Assembly: GCF_009914755.1 (NCBI RefSeq)
Contig: NC_060936.1
Origin: the human T2T-CHM13v2.0 reference genome, Homo sapiens
DNA: 64,000 nucleotides
Strand: one strand, 5' to 3'
A program made the translations under genes and the position numbers. Positions 49,388 through 64,000 of this stretch are shown piece after piece (positions within the stretch are counted from its first letter, which is position 1; each line of letters starts with the position of its first letter). The notes below the pieces were generated by a model. The model made no database searches, was not told where the DNA came from, and was given only the letters and a program-made list of their open reading frames with translations.

Positions 49388-50825
49388 CTACGATAAAACC
49401 AAAGAGAAAATAAAATGACTTCTGGCTTCTGATACATTTTATTCTTGAGTTAAGATTCCCTTTATAAAAAGAAATTAAGTCTCTAGAAAGATTAAAATTT
49501 TCAAAGGGCTCAGCGTTCACACTCACAAGTGCTTTAAGTTTGCCTGTACCTACAGTCATTGTTTAGATCCTGCTGCGTTGACCGTTCTTACTGAGCGTAT
49601 TTACTTTTTTTCCATTACTCAAGGAAAGCAGACAAGGATTCAACTCATGGATTAGTCTCTCATAACATGCTTTGATAATCTACTATGAAATAAAGTAGCA
49701 CCATGCCAGACTTGACTGCAAGTACCAAAGCATGTCAAAGCTGGTGGGAAGTATGCACAGTCACTGCTTTTCTGTAACTATCAGTAGCTCATTAGTGTAT
49801 TTGTGCATAATCTTGTCTCAAGGCTGAGAGACAATATCCTCTCTCTTCAAGCTTAAGGCCCTGTGATAAATTAACTGGCATAGCATTCTGAGCTGTGCAT
49901 TCACCTGCTCTCAGAATTAGTGATGGGGTACATGGTTTTTCAAATTTAAAATCATTGAAAAAAAATACACTCCTCTTTAAAAATCTCTGTGCCTTTGCAT
50001 ATTCTAATTGGAATGTCTTTTTTAACCTAAACTAATTCTTACTTGTTCTTCTCAGTACATGTCAATTCAGATGGGCTTTCTTCCCTATCCTATCTGATTT
50101 AAGCCTCCTTTGCTCACACTCCTCAGCACCAAGGCACACCTGTCAGCAGGAAAAGCACCACACAGTCATTGATCTTGTTTGTCCCCTTGTTAAGCCACAA
50201 GCTCAACTTTGAGCCCTACAGTCTGATACAGAGGAGACAACTCAATAGGGGAACAGGAGAATGGGCCTGGTTGGGTAGCATAAACAATTACAGACAAAGT
50301 AGTTTTGTGTTATTAGCACTTACAGTTGCAGAGTTTTATAACTTCTAAGTTTACGGTGATAAGTCTCTAACTTATCACTGAACCCTTCTAACAACGCTAC
50401 AAGGGTATTTGTACTTTCCTCACTATGCCAGAAAACACAGAGGTAGAGCCACTGCCCAAGGTCATCCTGAAGAGTTGGCCCCTAAGTCTGTACTCTTAAC
50501 CACTTCTCCATCCCACCTCTCACAAAGTTAGAGTGCAACAGGCTACCTTAAATGAAATTACATCTATAGCTTTAAGCACTAACTTGAGTTAACTTTCTAT
50601 TTTGGCCATTTTGCTGATATTCTAACCATGATTGTCTGTTTCACAGTGATTTTGCTTTTTCTGCTATCGTAGTAGAAAATTGAGATGGTTGGGAAAAAGT
50701 GTGGGTCCTGGGTGTCTAAGAATGCAGGAAAGCAAATTTCTAACTGTAGTGTTCTTACTTCTTAATTGCTGATTTCTGAGCTTAGCACTCAAAAATGATT
50801 ATTTGATCTCATATATCTATATATA

Positions 50826-51157
50826 TTTTTTTATTTTTCAAGATCCGGTTCTCACTCTGTCACCCAAGCTGGGGTGCAGTGGCACAATCACAGCTCACTG
50901 CAGCCTCAACATTCAGGCTAAAGCAATCTTCCCATCTTGGCCAGTGACCCCCTACTCCCCCCACGGCCCCCCAACACCCAAGCAGCTGGGACTACATGAG
51001 TATTCCACCGGGCCCAGATAATTATTTTACTTTTTGTAAAGACAGGGGTCTCACTATGCTTCCCAAGCTGGTCTCAAACCCCTAGGTGGTCAAGTGATCC
51101 ACCCACCTCCGCCTCCCAAAGTACTGGGATTACAGGTGTGAGCCACCATGTCTGGCC
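50826..51157 (-). mobile_element. Alu (J-type) with C-rich internal insertion
   Basis: Diverged antisense Alu. Confidence 0.82.
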
Positions 51158-51238
51158 TGATATTTGACTACAGTAGTATGTGCACTCATTTTCTGATTTG
51201 CTAAGTGACTTCCACGCTAGACAACCCCCCTCCTCTTA

Positions 51239-51421
<183 letters not shown>

Positions 51422-51602
51422 TTAACAACAACAAACAAAAAAAGAGAGTGAATGAGAGCTGTTTGGGTTTGGTTTAGTTTTTGAAAGGAAGGAAGGGAAG
51501 GCAATGAAGAGCTAGAGAAAGGAAGAAATGGAGGTAGAAGGGTAAAGGGAATGAAATTATGGAAATCCCTGTACCACACTAAAAGAGCAGAATTAGAAAT
51601 CA

Positions 51603-51857
<255 letters not shown>

Positions 51858-52150
51858 TCATACCTCCTCCTCTTTGTCCTTTCCTTCTGCCCGTCTGCTC
51901 TCAAGGTGCTCTGGCAGACTTTTAAAGATGGAGTCCTAATTTTAAACATTACAAAAAATGCAAAAGATTCAGTATATATATTTTTAAACCCAAAATTCAA
52001 AGAGACAGCATTTCTATAACACACTTTATGAAGAAGGTTCTTGGATCTGATTCTAGGTGACTTCAGTTAATACCAAACCAATGGCAGTGACTGAAAAATT
52101 AGAAAAATTCCAATCAACTCACCTCTCTGTAAGTCCCCTTCCCTCTTCTA

Positions 52151-52384
<234 letters not shown>

Positions 52385-52435
52385 CTATCAAATAACAAGA
52401 GGATTACACATGAAAAGACTGAATCTCAAGGATGA

Positions 52436-52777
<342 letters not shown>

Positions 52778-54026
52778 TAATCTTGAAATGGTAAGACAAT
52801 ATCAAAACACAACAAAAAGACCTACACAGACCAGATGCATTTCCCAAATGAATGTTAAAAAAATAGGCGTCTAAAAACAAGAAGGAATGGTAAAGGCAGT
52901 GGCAAACTGGACACCTCAGAGCCATCTGAGAGCTGCAACCACTCAATGGCACCAAGTGCTGCCAGATCTCCTGAGAGGCAAGAATCCCCAACTGTTGTAT
53001 GAAATCTCCCCAATTTTTCAATGTTGGCTCAAATGATTTTTGACTTCTTTGCAAGTACACCTGCTGGCCAACAGTTCTGTGACTTTTCTTCTAGAATATT
53101 ACCAATCTGCTTATATTGGGCAAAAAATCTGCAATGTAATTAACCTTGCTGGAATTGGTGACAAGTACATCTGCTAGTGGGGTGTCTGAACAGCTTTTGT
53201 GCCACGTGCCTGGGAGGAGCACCTTCGGCAGGACTGCCTGAAGTGCTTCCATGGGAAAACTACCTTTTGGGGCAAAGCTTTTGGGGCAATCATAAATCTA
53301 AGCGTGAACATCACAAACATCAAGTTCCACAAACAGGCTTTGCCACCCCTACGAAAGTCCACACCACTCTTTATCTGTTTTCTGTTCTGACTCTGTATCA
53401 CACAACTTCCTATGAAGAGGCTTTCATCACTCAGGAAAAGGGGAGAGGCCTGAAAACCACAAATGTAGGACAGTAAAATCCTTCTGCTGAACTAGTGCTT
53501 CTAAAAGAGCTTACGGTCTTCTTTCTCAATCTATAAAACAAAGCAAACACAAATTTTATTATGAGCTTATTCTGAGCTCTTCTATTTGCTGCATGACTAT
53601 TCTTAGCTCATTTTCTAAGCAGTTTCCTGAGCGTATGTAGTCCAGAACACCAGAGGTGAGAGTTAGAAATTTCATTTATATCTTTTCCCCTTATGATGTA
53701 GGCCATTAACTCTTCTCACAGATTAGGTGCAGGTGCATGTGTGAGCACCTGCAGATGCATGTAACTGTCTTCCTGACTCACCACTTTCACCTCTTTTACT
53801 TAGTGAGTGCCTGGCACATATTTAGTACTCACTAAGTTGGTTCTCACTGAGTCACCAACTTGCCTCAGCATATGTGCCGGGTGCTGGGAGGCAGGCCACA
53901 CAGGGGGATTAGTAGTCTGCCTGGGTCCCTGTCTACCCTCTGGCCTTTCCTGTCCCTTTCCTCCCTCTCACAGCACCCCCAAAGCATTTCTGAGGGCTCC
54001 CTGGAGAGAAAAAGTCACTATTCTAG

Positions 54027-54337
<311 letters not shown>

Positions 54338-54733
54338 TCCATCTCCCATTTCTTGAGGGGCATCAGTGTCTGGTTCAATCACAGCTTCGTTATCAATTTC
54401 TAGATCACTTTCCTCACTTGATAGTTCGTCTGTGCTTATGTTTTCCTCCACCTTCTTACTACCTGTTTTTAATTCCTTGATATTTTCTTCTGATTTATAA
54501 TAGCTTTCTGAGTAGCACATGGTACTTCACCCCCCATGCTCTCCACCTGCTCCCTCAGAAAGCACATTTCCTTGGTATGCAGAATGCTCGGATCCTGCTT
54601 ATACATTTTCACGAAGTCCCGAAGCTCGTTCACTTTGCGAAGGTCCAGGGTCGGAAGGCAGTGGGCGAAGCTGAGGGGCTGCAGGCCAGTTTCAGGCCCA
54701 GGCACTGGCTTGGCGTAACCTCGAAGAAGGGGT
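54338..54733 (-). pseudogene. ST13 (Hsc70-interacting protein, HIP) processed pseudogene fragment: 5' UTR plus about codons 1-101
   Basis: [25 protein letters not shown]... and KSEENIKE...[13 protein letters not shown] match the ST13 N-terminus; intronless; ATG>CTG at 54648-54646; 5-nt insertion frameshift near 54497-54501. Confidence 0.92.
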
Positions 54734-56558
54734 GTGTCTAGTTTAATTTCATAACTTGTGTTGGCTCTTTGTTTGATAAGAAGGTATATCACTAAAACTA
54801 TTCTTTTTAGTGCCTAGGGTTGGTTTCTAATTATATATGCATAAAAGAGCAAGAAGAGGTTTGTCTATAGTAACTATACAATAATTCGGAAAGAGATGAA
54901 GATTAATGAGGTTAAGGTAATATTTATATGTATGAGAAAGATTTTCTGCCACTGTAAAAAGGGTGGGGAAGTACCCTCTGACAGCCACTAGGTGGCACCC
55001 CAATCCTGGACATCATCATTACTTTTGTCAGAAGAGAGAAGGTAGTGTGGGAAGAGCAGCTGTAGTTTGTGCCTAAGGCTGGAGTTTGTGGCTTGGGCAA
55101 TTGTGGGCAACTGCCTCCATATATGGCATCTTATTTTAAATTTTAAATTTACATAAATTATAAGTTTCTGCAAAAGGGAACAACTTCTATACCCACTCCC
55201 TACAGACCCACAGTGAACAACACGTAGCATGACTAAGAAATAAAGCTTTGTTGTTTTTAGCCATTGAGATTCCAGAATGTTTGTTCTAGCAGCATCATCT
55301 AGAACAACATGACTGATACACCTGGTACTTGTAGGAGTATGAGGCAAGGGAAGACAGACAGAGGGAGAACTAAATGGTGGCTGAGGCCAGGGCCTGGGTA
55401 GGCTACAACGACTGAGCAACTGGTGGATCAATTTGAGTCAAGGAAAGACAATATAGATGATGGTCAGGAGAAGCAGTGTTGTAGAACCCAAGAAAAAAAT
55501 GTTAATTCAGAAAAATATGTTAATTCTGGTATATTTCTAAAGACAACAAGCATCAAAATTAAGGGACAAGAAACAAAATTAAGTGGAATGTGTAATTAGT
55601 AGGTCAATGGAGACCAATTTCAATGGCATGACAGATATGGAAACCAGATTTCAAGTGCTTGATACTTCACAAACTTCTAGATATAATATGAACATATGTA
55701 AGTATATATTGGAAGCAAATCTAACATTTTACATTTTGTACAGTGTATCACATAGGACAGGGATGATAAAACAATCCCAGGAGTATTAAATTCAGTATAA
55801 TTCAGTATAACTGACCAAGTCACAAGATATAAGAATTGAAAAAGCAGTGTAAATAATCTTCACTTTTAAATTCTATAAATGATTATCAAGGCAAGATTAG
55901 AGCATATTAATATAAAATACATAGAGCCACTTTAAGATATTGCTTATTATAAGTGAGAATATTCAACAGTTCGTTCTACTGTTCTCAGCATTGTAGCCTA
56001 TATTTAAAAATTGGCTTTAAAAACAATAGTAGCCAACAAATACAGGTAAGTTTGAATGCATGTTTTTAAGTCAAGCAAAAATAATGAGTGCAAAAGAGAA
56101 GGTATCCTTTTGAGGCAGACAAAATAGTATTTTAAGATAAGCCTTAGTTAAAAATCATGATATCAAACTGGTCATTTTTCAATGCCAAAAAGAAAGGCTG
56201 CGTCAAGTTGTCTAAACAATCACATATCTGCAAATACTCCCGAAGGACAGAGACCTGGGATGCTGCTAAACATCCTACAATACATAGGACAGTCCCCCAA
56301 GGATAGCGGCAACAGGTCTAAACTGTGAATGGTGCAAAGGTGGAGAAAATTTGGTCTAGAAGAACATGCAAATCCAAAATAACAAGGCTTTCCTATTAGA
56401 AGTTATTTTCCCAACAACTTTAAAGTGCTTACAAATTCAGAAGGTGTAATCTACTTTCATTTTGGATTCATTTGATTTAAAATCATTAAAAATCTGTTAG
56501 GAAAAAAACCCCACGTCTGCTAAGACCAACTGAAAACCAAATTAGTGCCTTTAAGTGA

Positions 56559-56890
<332 letters not shown>

Positions 56891-59851
56891 GCTACTAGAT
56901 CTTAATACGTCCTGGTGGTTTTCTAAAACTTAATCAGTTTCAGAGTTGTTTGTTTCATCTTTATTTTAGAAATAAAACAAAAAAAGAAAAAGGTACCGTG
57001 CTTTAAAAGAACAAGTGCACATAGTGGTTTCAGAGAATTATCTAAAAGAAAGGGCATTAGTAGAAAATTATGACAATTTACTGTGACCTTAGGCCCTGAC
57101 CAGAGCTTTGAGGGGGGCAGAGTCCATGCAGGACAATATGCTGTTCCCATCCTTCCTGCACAAACCACCTGTTCAGTCTTCAAGAACCCAGTGCAGCCTC
57201 TTTCTCTTTGAAAACTTCCCCCATGTCTCTGACCCACACAGACTTTTCCTGTTTCCAACTGCCAACTCTATACACACACGCTGCTTCCAAAATGTGACTA
57301 TAAATGCTTGAGGGCAGGGTCTACATCTCCTCCACGTTTTGCACACTCACTCAACAACTACTATAATTGAAGGAAACTTAGCATGAGAATTCACTTGACA
57401 GCTTTGGGAAGATTTCCCACTTGCTCTAAAATATGTTTAAAAAAGAAGTGAACAAAAGCAAAAATCAAAAAATAAATGCAAAAACCCACCATGAATGAAA
57501 ATGTTCTATGGATACAAAATGATTTAGAGGGATCTGAAAATAAGGACTGATGATCTGATTTATCAAAAGCTGAATTCTGTGTCCGTCATACACAAAAATT
57601 ATACAGATAAATTAGAGAGTAATTAATCAGATTATTAAAGGACCCACCTCAAGGTATTTCAAATTAGAAAGTCTCTTACAGAAAAGACTGATTTATAAGA
57701 CTACAGTCAAAAGATTTTATGAATTCAAATCCATTATCTTACAAATGAAACTATTTTCAAGTCCTACACTCCTGCCTCAGTTAATAAAACAAAAACAAAA
57801 AACTTCAGGTTTTGTTCTAAACAGGATGACAAAGGCCTAGTTGTGTATATACAACAATGTGCAAAGACACATTTCTGTGCCTAGAGTGACTCCTATGAAT
57901 AATCATACTGCTGAAAATGTTTCCCTATATATCCCAAGATATTGCCTCATATGGCTCATTCCTTAAGCAGCCCCCTAAGTGCCAAGTAATCACTAAGGGT
58001 AAAAAGGTGAATAGGGCAGTACCTGTCCTGAGATACCCGTGGCCTAGTGAGAATCTGTAGGGCAGAGCTGAGCTGAGCCCTAGGTGGCTCCAGGGCCACA
58101 GGCCATGGCAAAGGCCTCCTGGGGGAACCTGCGAGGGCAAAGTGGTTCAACAGTTCAAGTCTTGAAGTCCAATGTCTAACAGCCCTCTCCTCTGACATGC
58201 CACGTACACCCCTAATGCAACACATCCGAAACTGAGCTCTGGGTCTCCTTCCAAAAGACACTTGCTTCTGCCACTGAAGCTCTGAGTGTGGTTAATTCCA
58301 TCACTTCTATCTTCACCAGAAAGGTCCACCTCCCCTTTCATTCTCCTCTTCCTCCTCCTGAATAGCTTGTAAGTCACCAAGTGATGTTGAGTGTTTCTCT
58401 CAGATGCTTCTGGAACCATTTCCATCGTTGGCATCCCACTGCCAAGCAACTTTTGCATGGGAACGTCTTACTGGGCTATGGCAGCAGCAGCTGAACTGGT
58501 TTTCCTACCACACCTTTCCCTAGTATGTTCCTTAGAAGCAGATCAGACTGTGTCCTTCCACGGCCTACAGGAAAAAATCTAGTATTCTTAACAGAGACGT
58601 TTCTCAACCTGGCCTCAACCTGTCTTTACAATCTCATCCTCACCAAAATCCCTGCCTGTGCTAGAAACCATTGCCTTGGTTCCCTGAAAACACCATTTAT
58701 GTTCAGGCCTCCAGCCCTCTTGCTCAGGCTGTTCCCTCTACATAGAATGGTCTCTTCTGCTCCCTTCTCTGCTGGGAGAATGGCTGCTCTGTTTAGGGCC
58801 CAGCTAAAATGCTTCTATTATGCAAAGCCTGCCTTGACCCCAAGTACACCTAAAGCCCAGATGTTCTCATGGCACTCTGTATAAACTCTTATTTGGAGCT
58901 CATCATACACACAAAAGGTGTTTTGTTTGGTTGGGAACGCAGTGATAGGAAACTTCATTCTCAGAGTACTCATAATGTAATCAGGAAGCAAAGCCTAAGG
59001 AAAGCAAGTCACTCGAGGCCTGGACTCAAATGCTGACACTGCGTCTGTTCTTCCTCTTTCTCATTTTCTCTCTAGTCTCTAAAAATCTTAAGTCCTAGTC
59101 CCTGAAGTTGATCACAGGTGTTGGAATTATGAAAACAACCTTCAAAGAACATTATGTGTGATTAGCTTGATGCTCTGAGAGGTGTTGGCCTCCACAAAGA
59201 CAACTCTGAAAATCCAAATAAATCTCTGACTGGGAGACTGAACTGTGGAAAGGAGTCTCACCACACCTGGAGCCTGCTGGTTTTCCTTGTTCAATTCAAA
59301 TTGCTACCCCACTCCACCTCGACCTGCTTATACCACACATGCCACCCAAAAATAGTTTGCTGAATTGTCAACCATGACTCGGGACTGGCATTCTCTGGCA
59401 GCACACACCCATCCACCAGTAGACGCATGAGAGCAGTCCGCACTGGTGGGCAGCTGCAGCAGGCCAAGTGATGTGGGATATTCAAACAGAGTGGAGTATG
59501 GAGAAGTGGAATGAACCTTCTTTCTTTTCAGCATTTATTTTATTGAAATTATATAAATAGAATCAAGAATGCCATTCTGTCTACATAAGCAAGTTGAACT
59601 GGTGGTCAAAAGTACAGATATACATGTGTCTATAATTCTAGAACTAATAACCAGGAAGCCAAGAAGTCAAATAAACATTGGCTGAAATGAAAGTTAATCT
59701 ATGGTTTTATCTGTCCAAATCAGTACTAAAAATAACTCAGAGGAAGGAGAGATGTATTATCTATTCTAAAATAACTGCATTTAAGAACAAATTCAACTCT
59801 AATATAGCCAGGCATTACAGTATTTCAAAGTACAATAAAGAAAGTCATGAA

Positions 59852-60144
<293 letters not shown>

Positions 60145-61041
60145 TTATGAAGAAAAATATGAAAAAAGTAAAAAATTCATAAGTGGTTATTCACATTACC
60201 ATTGTATTACAAGGATAATACAATGTATCATAAAACAGTAAAACACTTGGTCTGGGGTAGGGAGAAACAAGTTAAAAGGAATTTGGTTGGGGGGTGCATA
60301 TAAAAACATGGTTAAGACAGGAACTAAGTAAAAACTGCTCTCTAGTCACCTCTAATCACAGCTCCCCCACCACTACTCCATCTTCATCCTTTCACCCTCA
60401 AAATTGTTAAATGACATACAACAGGAGGAAGTAAGAATCAGGTAAGCTAAACCCAGTGGCAGAACTCAAAGAACATTTCTTTATAAAATCAGGAAAACTA
60501 GAGCCTCACAAATTCTGAGACAAGGACTTTATGCTCTCTACTCTAAGAGATGGGACATTCACGATTTACAACCTGAAACACCTCTGACAGAATAGCAGGC
60601 ATCTTGACGTAAGGTCAAATAGAGAGAACACCCACATGGACTATGTCCTAAGTCAATCAGATAAAGGATCTGAAAACAATACATGTTAAGGAAAAGGCAC
60701 GTCCCAGGCCAGCCTCCAGAGTCCACCTTAACAAGTGGCATCAATGGTCAAGCCTGAAGAGCTAATAAGTATAAATTTTAAATACATTTGTCCCTCAATT
60801 AGTTACTAATGAATGGTTCTCATTAGCAGATGTTCCATGTATCTGAAGCACACTACCTTTATGAGTGAAAGCTTTGGGTAAACAACAGGCTGTGTGCATT
60901 GATGACATTTATGACTTCCCCTCATCTCCTCCTCCCATGCTTCCATTGTTCACACCCTAAGTTCCATCCGGGCCTTTGTCTGTTTTGTCCACTGCTGCAT
61001 CCCCAGCAGCTGTAATGTCACCTAAGACATTGTAGGAGCTC

Positions 61042-61132
61042 GTCTACGGCCATACCACCCTGAACGCACCCGATCTTGTCTGATCTCGGAAGCTAAGCAG
61101 GGTCGGGCCTGGTTACTACTTGGATGGGAGAC
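61042..61132 (+). pseudogene. 5S rRNA retropseudogene, nt 1-91, no poly(A) tail
   Basis: GTCTACGGCCATACCACCCTGAAC...TGGATGGGAGAC, 3 mismatches to recalled human 5S; 17-bp TSD AGACATTGTAGGAGCTC. Confidence 0.95.
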
Positions 61133-61370
61133 ATTGTAGGAGCTCATCTGTTAAACAAATGAGTCCTTCTCTATCCAGGAAACAAGCAAACCAAATAAGA
61201 CTCTTAGATTTTTGCCCAAATTAAAAGTAAGGAGTGAGGCTCTTCTGGCAGAACAGAATCCCTCTTTGCTTCTTATGTTTATCAGCTAAACTTTGGGGGA
61301 AAAAAATGGACCACAAGAAAAGAATCACACATTAAATGAGAATGTGCCAGGCTAATTGCTCTATTTTCTA

Positions 61371-61514
<144 letters not shown>

Positions 61515-61745
61515 CTAAAATAAGGGGAAAAACATAACTCATTTTCCACATCATGAGGCTGGTGAAAACCTACAGCTGAGAAAACTGGTAAAGATCTATT
61601 GCATCACAACACAAGCTTCAAAATATGATTTTTAGGATTACTTGAATCAACAGTCATTAATATTAGTAAGCTACCCTTAGATAAAAAATAAACATTAAAA
61701 AGATTCTCAAAGAAAAACAGCTTTATTATTCATATTTTTATTCTA

Positions 61746-61937
<192 letters not shown>

Positions 61938-62615
61938 CTATTAAAGCAGCATAATATATGGTCCAAAAAAAGGAAGCTGAAGGAGACAAAATTAGCCCAT
62001 TCAACAAAAGGGGAACAATGTAAATCAGTGTACGTTGAAATGTTAAATTTCACAATACCAAAGGTGATTGACATAAAGGGAATTCTTCATGGGAGCAGTC
62101 AAATTTAAGCTAGAATGCGAAGACAGAAATGATAGGATGATAGAAATCACAGATGTATATGCAAAGACAGGGGGAAAAAGAAAGAATTGTTTGACTAGAG
62201 TAAAATATTTGGGAGTGGTGAGTACTAGGAAACAAGGGTAACCAAAGGGGCCCTTGAACACCAGGCAGTGGCATGTATGTTAACAGCAGGGGGCTACTAT
62301 GGATCTTGTGGTTCCTTAAGAGGCACAGTTTTCTCATAATGAATCCCCAGTTCATTGGGTGCTGCTGAATGGAGCATCATAAGTCACAGTAGGGATTGGG
62401 GGTGACACAGCCCAACTGGGAGAGAGTTAGTGATGGGGACAAGTGAGATCAACAAACTCACTGCTGACATTCAGGGATTGTGGAAAACAAAAGAGAGGTC
62501 AGAAAGCTCCAATTCTGATCTTCAAGATAAACAAAGAAGGCAGGTTCTCCAAATTATAGCCTGATGAGATGAGATGTCAATCCTGGGCATGAGTCTCAAG
62601 TGTACTATAGTTACA

Positions 62616-62927
62616 GGGCACAGTAGCTCATGCCTGTAATCCCAGCACTTTGGGAGGCTGAGGCAGGAGTATCACTTGAGCCCAGAAGTTCTATATCAGC
62701 CTGGGCAACATGGCAAAACCCTGTCTCTACAAAAAACAAACAAACAAACAAAAAACACAAAAACTAGCCGAGTGTGGTGGTGTGCACCTATAGTCCCAGC
62801 TACTCAGGAGGCTGAGATGGGAGGATCATCTGAGCCCCGGAGTTGGGGCTGTGGTGAGCCATGATCATGCCACTGCACTCTAGCCTGGGTGACAGAGTGA
62901 GGCCTGGTCTCAAAAACTGAAAAAAAA
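62616..62927 (+). mobile_element. Alu (J-type)
   Basis: Diverged dimeric Alu. Confidence 0.88.
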
Positions 62928-62989
62928 CAATATAGTTGGTGAGCACTGAGAAAAGAAAGCCTTCATAATACACTGTTTATCTTTAAAGG

Positions 62990-63680
62990 AAGCACTGGCT
63001 GTTAAGAGTATGAATTCATTACAACTTTATCAGATAAACTTTTCTCTCTCTCTTTCCATTGATATGATGAATTCTACCTAACAGACCTGGTATATGTATT
63101 TGTAATCTCAGCAAAGTAGCTAAGGGCATCTCATGTCATCTTCATGGATATAACAAAGACATACAGGCTCGATGCTCAGGTGGGCTAGAACTTAACCAAT
63201 TCTACCAAAGAGGTGTAGGTAACAAAGCCGCAATCAACCTAGAGGGAGGTTTAGGAGATTAGTCATAGGTCCGGTCTTGCTGAACCCTCTATCAATGTTT
63301 TGGAAGTTACAGAAGGCATGCTTGTGAAATGTGTAGATTCATAGGAAGATGGCAGAGAAGCTATTGTCCTGGATAAGAGACTATGGATTTCCCAAATTTG
63401 TGACTATTTGGAGCAATGAGTCAAATCTGGCAAAATAAAATCTCCTATGAAGTAAAACCTTTATAACTTGGTACCAAAACCAACTACACAAGCATACACT
63501 AAAATAGGTATTTGAGCATTAGAATATATAAGTTTTTTTTTTAAAAAGATAAGTTTTACTCAACAGTGAGTTCAGTATGAGTCAACAATGTGCTGTGGCC
63601 ACACTGAATTTCCATCACATTTTTGTGCTTTTAAACAGAAGTAAAGTACGTCGAATAAAAAAGGTGATGATGTTCTCTAA
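62990..63680 (+). mobile_element. CR1/L3-like ancient LINE fragment
   Basis: ATGAGTCAACAATGTGCTGTGGC resembles the CR1/L3 RT region. Confidence 0.45.
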
Positions 63681-64000
63681 CACCGAGTCATTAGGAAACC
63701 CTGTTGGGTTGACCTTCAAAATGTCCAGAATCCAACCACTTCTTATCTTCACTGCACCTCCCTGGTCTAAGCAACCTTCCCTCTTGTCTGAATTATCACA
63801 ACTTTTGCCCCTCCTCAGTCTATTTCCACCAAAGAAGCCAGATTGACTGCCTGGAATGTAAGTCAGATCACATTACATTTCTACTCAAAACCCTCTGGTG
63901 ATTCCTCATCCTACTCCAAGTTAAAGCCAGGTCCTTGTTATGGTTACTAGGGCCTACACTATTTGGTCCCCTGCTTACTTCTTCAGGTTCATCTACTGCC

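Noticed and set aside
53728-53753. 9-bp hairpin TGCAGGTGC/GCACCTGCA, and similar short stems near 13266-13304 and 43902-43937
   Set aside because: Short stems of this size are expected by chance or lie in old repeats; no supporting context
55489-55810. Small tandem duplications of 18 bp and 10 bp
   Set aside because: Ordinary slippage products in AT-rich intron

Overview
Human genomic DNA from the CHPT1-SYCP3-GNPTAB locus (recognised as 12q23.2). It holds the last five coding exons of CHPT1 (+), the whole SYCP3 gene (-; 8 coding exons summing to 711 nt = 236 aa + stop, CpG-island promoter at about 20.1-20.9 kb), and exons 6-21 plus the 3' UTR of GNPTAB (-). All exon boundaries were read manually as GT-AG with consistent phases. 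The introns carry about 36 Alu copies or fragments, older L1/L2/CR1/MaLR/MER repeats, and retrocopies of Y1 RNA, U6, 5S rRNA and ST13. I found no evidence of an undescribed multi-gene system, and most ORFs in the track are Alu-derived or antisense noise. The best leads are: (1) a 19-nt antisense overlap between the CHPT1 and SYCP3 coding sequences, alongside a non-overlapping CHPT1 read-through C-terminus; (2) an AluY with a 37-nt 3' extension, AATAAA and a second poly(A) inside one target-site duplication (TSD); (3) a ~285-bp local inverted copy flanked by a perfect 17-bp direct repeat; (4) a tailless 5S retrocopy; (5) a 3'-truncated ST13 retrocopy fused to an Alu; (6) a nested perfect tandem duplication. 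Gene, variant and repeat-family names come from recall, not a database search, and repeat boundaries are approximate.
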